Under the pieces are notes generated by a model. It was not told the origin of the DNA and did not search any database. It was given only the letters and a program-made list of their open reading frames with translations. A stretch of DNA of 6,473 bases from Candidatus Pacearchaeota archaeon (GTDB lineage Archaea > Nanobdellota > Nanobdellia > Pacearchaeales > GW2011-AR1), in assembly GCA_017609745.1 (NCBI GenBank), contig JAFCDK010000038.1:1-6473 (forward strand). Direction: 5' to 3'. Shown here in pieces: positions 5,084 to 6,473 of the stretch (positions are counted from its first letter, which is position 1; every line of letters starts with the position of its first letter). Both the position numbers and the translations under genes were made by a program.

Positions 5084-5428
5084 TTAATAATCAGGTAAAT
5101 CTTGTTTTGGCTCTCCTGGTTTTTCTGTTTCAATTTCTTCTTCTTGTTTTTCTTCAGGTTTATCTTTTGTTAAAGTTTCTTGTCCAGGTTCTGGTTGTGT
5201 TTCTTGAACTTCTTCTTTCATATCTTCATCTGATATAGAATTAATCATCTCTTTGAATTTTTGAAAATCTTTTGCAGCTATTTTTACACCAGATTTTGTA
5301 AATCCTGTGTACCTATCACTTGTTATGAATTCTCTTATTGTAAGTCCTAATCTTCCGCCAAAATCGTCGATTCTGATTACAATATCTGCCATATCATTCT
5401 TATTTATTTTTCCAATGTCTTTTTCCAT
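5084..5428 (-). CDS. PC4/Sub1 (transcriptional coactivator p15)-like ssDNA-binding protein with an acidic, Pro/Glu/Lys-rich C-terminal tail
   Basis: IGKINKNDMADIVIRIDDFGGRLGLTIREFI......TKSGVKIAAKDFQKFKEMINSIS aligns by eye with the human PC4 core [24 protein letters not shown]......[22 protein letters not shown]. The last roughly 45 aa are low complexity (EEVQETQPEPGQET..KPEEKQEEEIETEKPGEPKQDLPDY). Confidence 0.7.
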   Translation of the reverse strand: MEKDIGKINKNDMADIVIRIDDFGGRLGLTIREFITSDRYTGFTKSGVKIAAKDFQKFKEMINSISDEDMKEEVQETQPEPGQETLTKDKPEEKQEEEIETEKPGEPKQDLPDY

Positions 5429-5449
5429 TATTGAATTAAATAATATGGT

Positions 5450-5462
5450 TTTTTAAATATTT
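5450..5462 (-). promoter_or_regulatory. TATA-like promoter element for the PC4-like gene
   Basis: TTTTTAAATATTT (minus sense AAATATTTAAAAA) lies 22-34 nt from ATG 5428. Sequence and spacing are identical to the element upstream of ogt (811-823). Confidence 0.4.
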
Positions 5463-5511
5463 GTGTTTTTGAGAATTTGTTATTTATTTATCTATTTTAA
5501 ACCTGTTCCTC

Positions 5512-5745
5512 CTATGTATCAACTTCTTCCTCTAAAAATAATTCTGATAAGACAGATAATCTAATATAGTTTGGGGATTTTTCTAAAGTTAGTTGTACTA
5601 ATTCAGGATGCCATGTTGGGTTGTCCTTTTCTAATTCTTTTTTCACTTTTTCTACTCTTTCTGCATATTCTTTTAATTTTCTTTTTAATTTATTTACTCT
5701 ATCCTTATCTTCTGGCAATCTTAATTTTAATCCTTCTAAACTCAT
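5512..5745 (-). CDS. Hypothetical protein (77 aa, charged, probably coiled-coil/helical)
   Basis: ATG ORF between rps10 and the PC4-like gene on the same strand. It has K/E-rich heptad-like sequence (KLKRKLKEYAERVEKVKKELEK). No family recognised. Confidence 0.5.
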   Translation of the reverse strand: MSLEGLKLRLPEDKDRVNKLKRKLKEYAERVEKVKKELEKDNPTWHPELVQLTLEKSPNYIRLSVLSELFLEEEVDT

Positions 5746-5804
5746 ATAGTAATGAATTATAATTTCTTTTTAAATAAATATATCTTAGAAAATATATTTC
5801 AGAA

Positions 5805-6113
5805 CTAATCCTTCATTTCAATTTTTATATTGACATTTTTTGGAATCTGCAGACGCATTATATTATGGAGAATTTTTTCATTTGCTGGCAAGTCAATAAG
5901 TCTTTTATGAATTCTCATTTCATATCTGTCAAATGTTGCTGTTCCGTCACCACAGGGAGATTTTCTTGTTGTTATTTTAAGTTTTTTTGTAGGTAGGGGT
6001 ACAGGCCCACCAATGACTATCCCTGATTTCTTGGCTATATTTTTAATAGTATCACAAATATCATTAAGCATTTTTATATTCGTGCTGTTTAATTTGATTC
6101 TTACTTTCGGCAT
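5805..6113 (-). CDS. rps10: 30S ribosomal protein uS10 (archaeal S10 / eukaryotic S20 type)
   Basis: MPKVRIKL.S.N...L......I...A...G....GP.PLPTKKLKITTRKSPCGDGTATFDRYEMRIHKRLIDL is the archaeal/eukaryotic uS10 pattern, including the RKSP.G.G..T.DR.E.R.HKRLID block. Bacterial S10 lacks this block. The track begins at TTG 6122. ATG 6113 gives the usual length of about 102 aa. Confidence 0.92.
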   Translation of the reverse strand: MPKVRIKLNSTNIKMLNDICDTIKNIAKKSGIVIGGPVPLPTKKLKITTRKSPCGDGTATFDRYEMRIHKRLIDLPANEKILHNIMRLQIPKNVNIKIEMKD

Positions 6114-6139
6114 GGCATACAAGATTATATCTGAATTGG

Positions 6140-6148
6140 TTTAAAAAG
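6140..6148 (-). promoter_or_regulatory. TATA-like box for rps10
   Basis: Minus sense CTTTTTAAA lies 27-35 nt upstream of ATG 6113. Confidence 0.3.
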
Positions 6149-6218
6149 TTTGTTGTGAGGTTGGTTGTAATATATATTTAATTATAATAATTATAAACAA
6201 CTCAATTTTTTTAAATTA

Positions 6219-6473
6219 ATGATAAGACTAACTAATGAATATATTAGAGAATTTTGTGGATGTTGCGATAATTTTATAGAAGAAGGTTATGGGTGCAGTG
6301 TTTTAAATGATGATCATAGGAGAAAATATCTAAAAGAAGGGGGTTGTGGGCATGCTATTCTTGATAAGGTTTCTGTAATATCCCTTACTTACGATAGGGT
6401 TTTTATTAGTGGCAAATGGTATGATAGAAGTGATGGAGAAGGAATAAATTATTCTTTAGAACAGAAGGAAAAA
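6219..6473 (+). CDS. Cys-rich hypothetical protein, 5' partial (runs off the right edge)
   Basis: Manual translation from ATG 6219 stays open to the window end (85 codons): MIRLTNEYIREFCGCCDNFIEEGYGCSVLNDDHRRKYLKEGGCGHAILDKVSVISLTYDRVFISGKWYDRSDGEGINYSLEQKEK. A/T-rich TATA-like sequence lies at 6180-6198. It is not in the ORF track, presumably because it has no stop. Confidence 0.5.
   Translation, partial: MIRLTNEYIREFCGCCDNFIEEGYGCSVLNDDHRRKYLKEGGCGHAILDKVSVISLTYDRVFISGKWYDRSDGEGINYSLEQKEK

Noticed and set aside
5571-5762. Plus-strand 63-aa ORF rich in L/F/I
   Set aside because: It is antisense to the 77-aa minus-strand ORF and runs into its promoter region. The low-complexity hydrophobic sequence is typical of reading the T-rich complement of a K/E-rich gene.
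1180-6122. TTG-extended start codons in the ORF track (1180, 1612, 4676, 6122)
   Set aside because: In each case an ATG lies 3-6 codons downstream (1195, 1630, 4658, 6113). The ATG gives a more typical N-terminus (MKK.. signal/anchor, MPKVRIKL for uS10) and better spacing from the TATA-like box. The TTG at 1180 remains possible because it overlaps the upstream stop.
1-6473. Alternative genetic code or stop-codon recoding as an explanation for the short dph2 and the two-frame ORF
   Set aside because: TAA, TAG and TGA all terminate ORFs here. TAG and TAA close homologues recognisable across their full expected length (TAG for uS10, ogt and the barrel; TAA for ccdA). TGA closes the Trx-like gene and ORF 839. 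Read-through of the dph2 TAA hits further stops within a few codons.
1-6473. tRNA, rRNA, CRISPR array, IS/transposase or integrase
   Set aside because: There are no GC-rich structured segments of tRNA or rRNA size in the intergenic regions. There are no regularly spaced repeats, no terminal inverted repeats, and no ORF with transposase or integrase motifs.

Overview
This is a strongly AT-rich, gene-dense window (A+T judged by eye, not computed). It most likely comes from a small-genome archaeon, possibly DPANN-like. The lineage call is an inference from three things:
- an archaeal/eukaryotic-type ribosomal protein uS10;
- a Dph2 (diphthamide synthase) fragment;
- A/T-rich TATA-like boxes about 22-35 nt upstream of most start codons, with no Shine-Dalgarno sequences.

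Families I recognise:
- a minimal single-domain O6-alkylguanine-DNA alkyltransferase (PCHRV active site);
- a Dph2 N-terminal remnant;
- a lipobox-bearing, PagL/acyloxyacyl-hydrolase-like outer-membrane-type beta-barrel, which is a bacterial-type protein in an archaeal context;
- a minus-strand thiol-disulfide cluster: a membrane-anchored thioredoxin-like protein of the VKOR-associated type, a 70-aa ORF, a CcdA/DsbD_2-family membrane thiol transporter, and an unlisted 56-aa two-TM ORF;
- a PC4/Sub1-like ssDNA-binding protein with an acidic tail;
- uS10.

The remaining ORFs are hypothetical. I saw no tRNA, rRNA, CRISPR array or obvious mobile element.

Points most worth a second look:
- the PagL-like barrel next to the truncated dph2;
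- the VKOR-less Trx-like protein paired with CcdA, with a GC-rich direct repeat in front of ccdA;
- a two-frame ORF at the left end joined exactly at an A-AAA-AAA slippery heptamer.

All homology statements come from motif recognition by eye. No searches were run.
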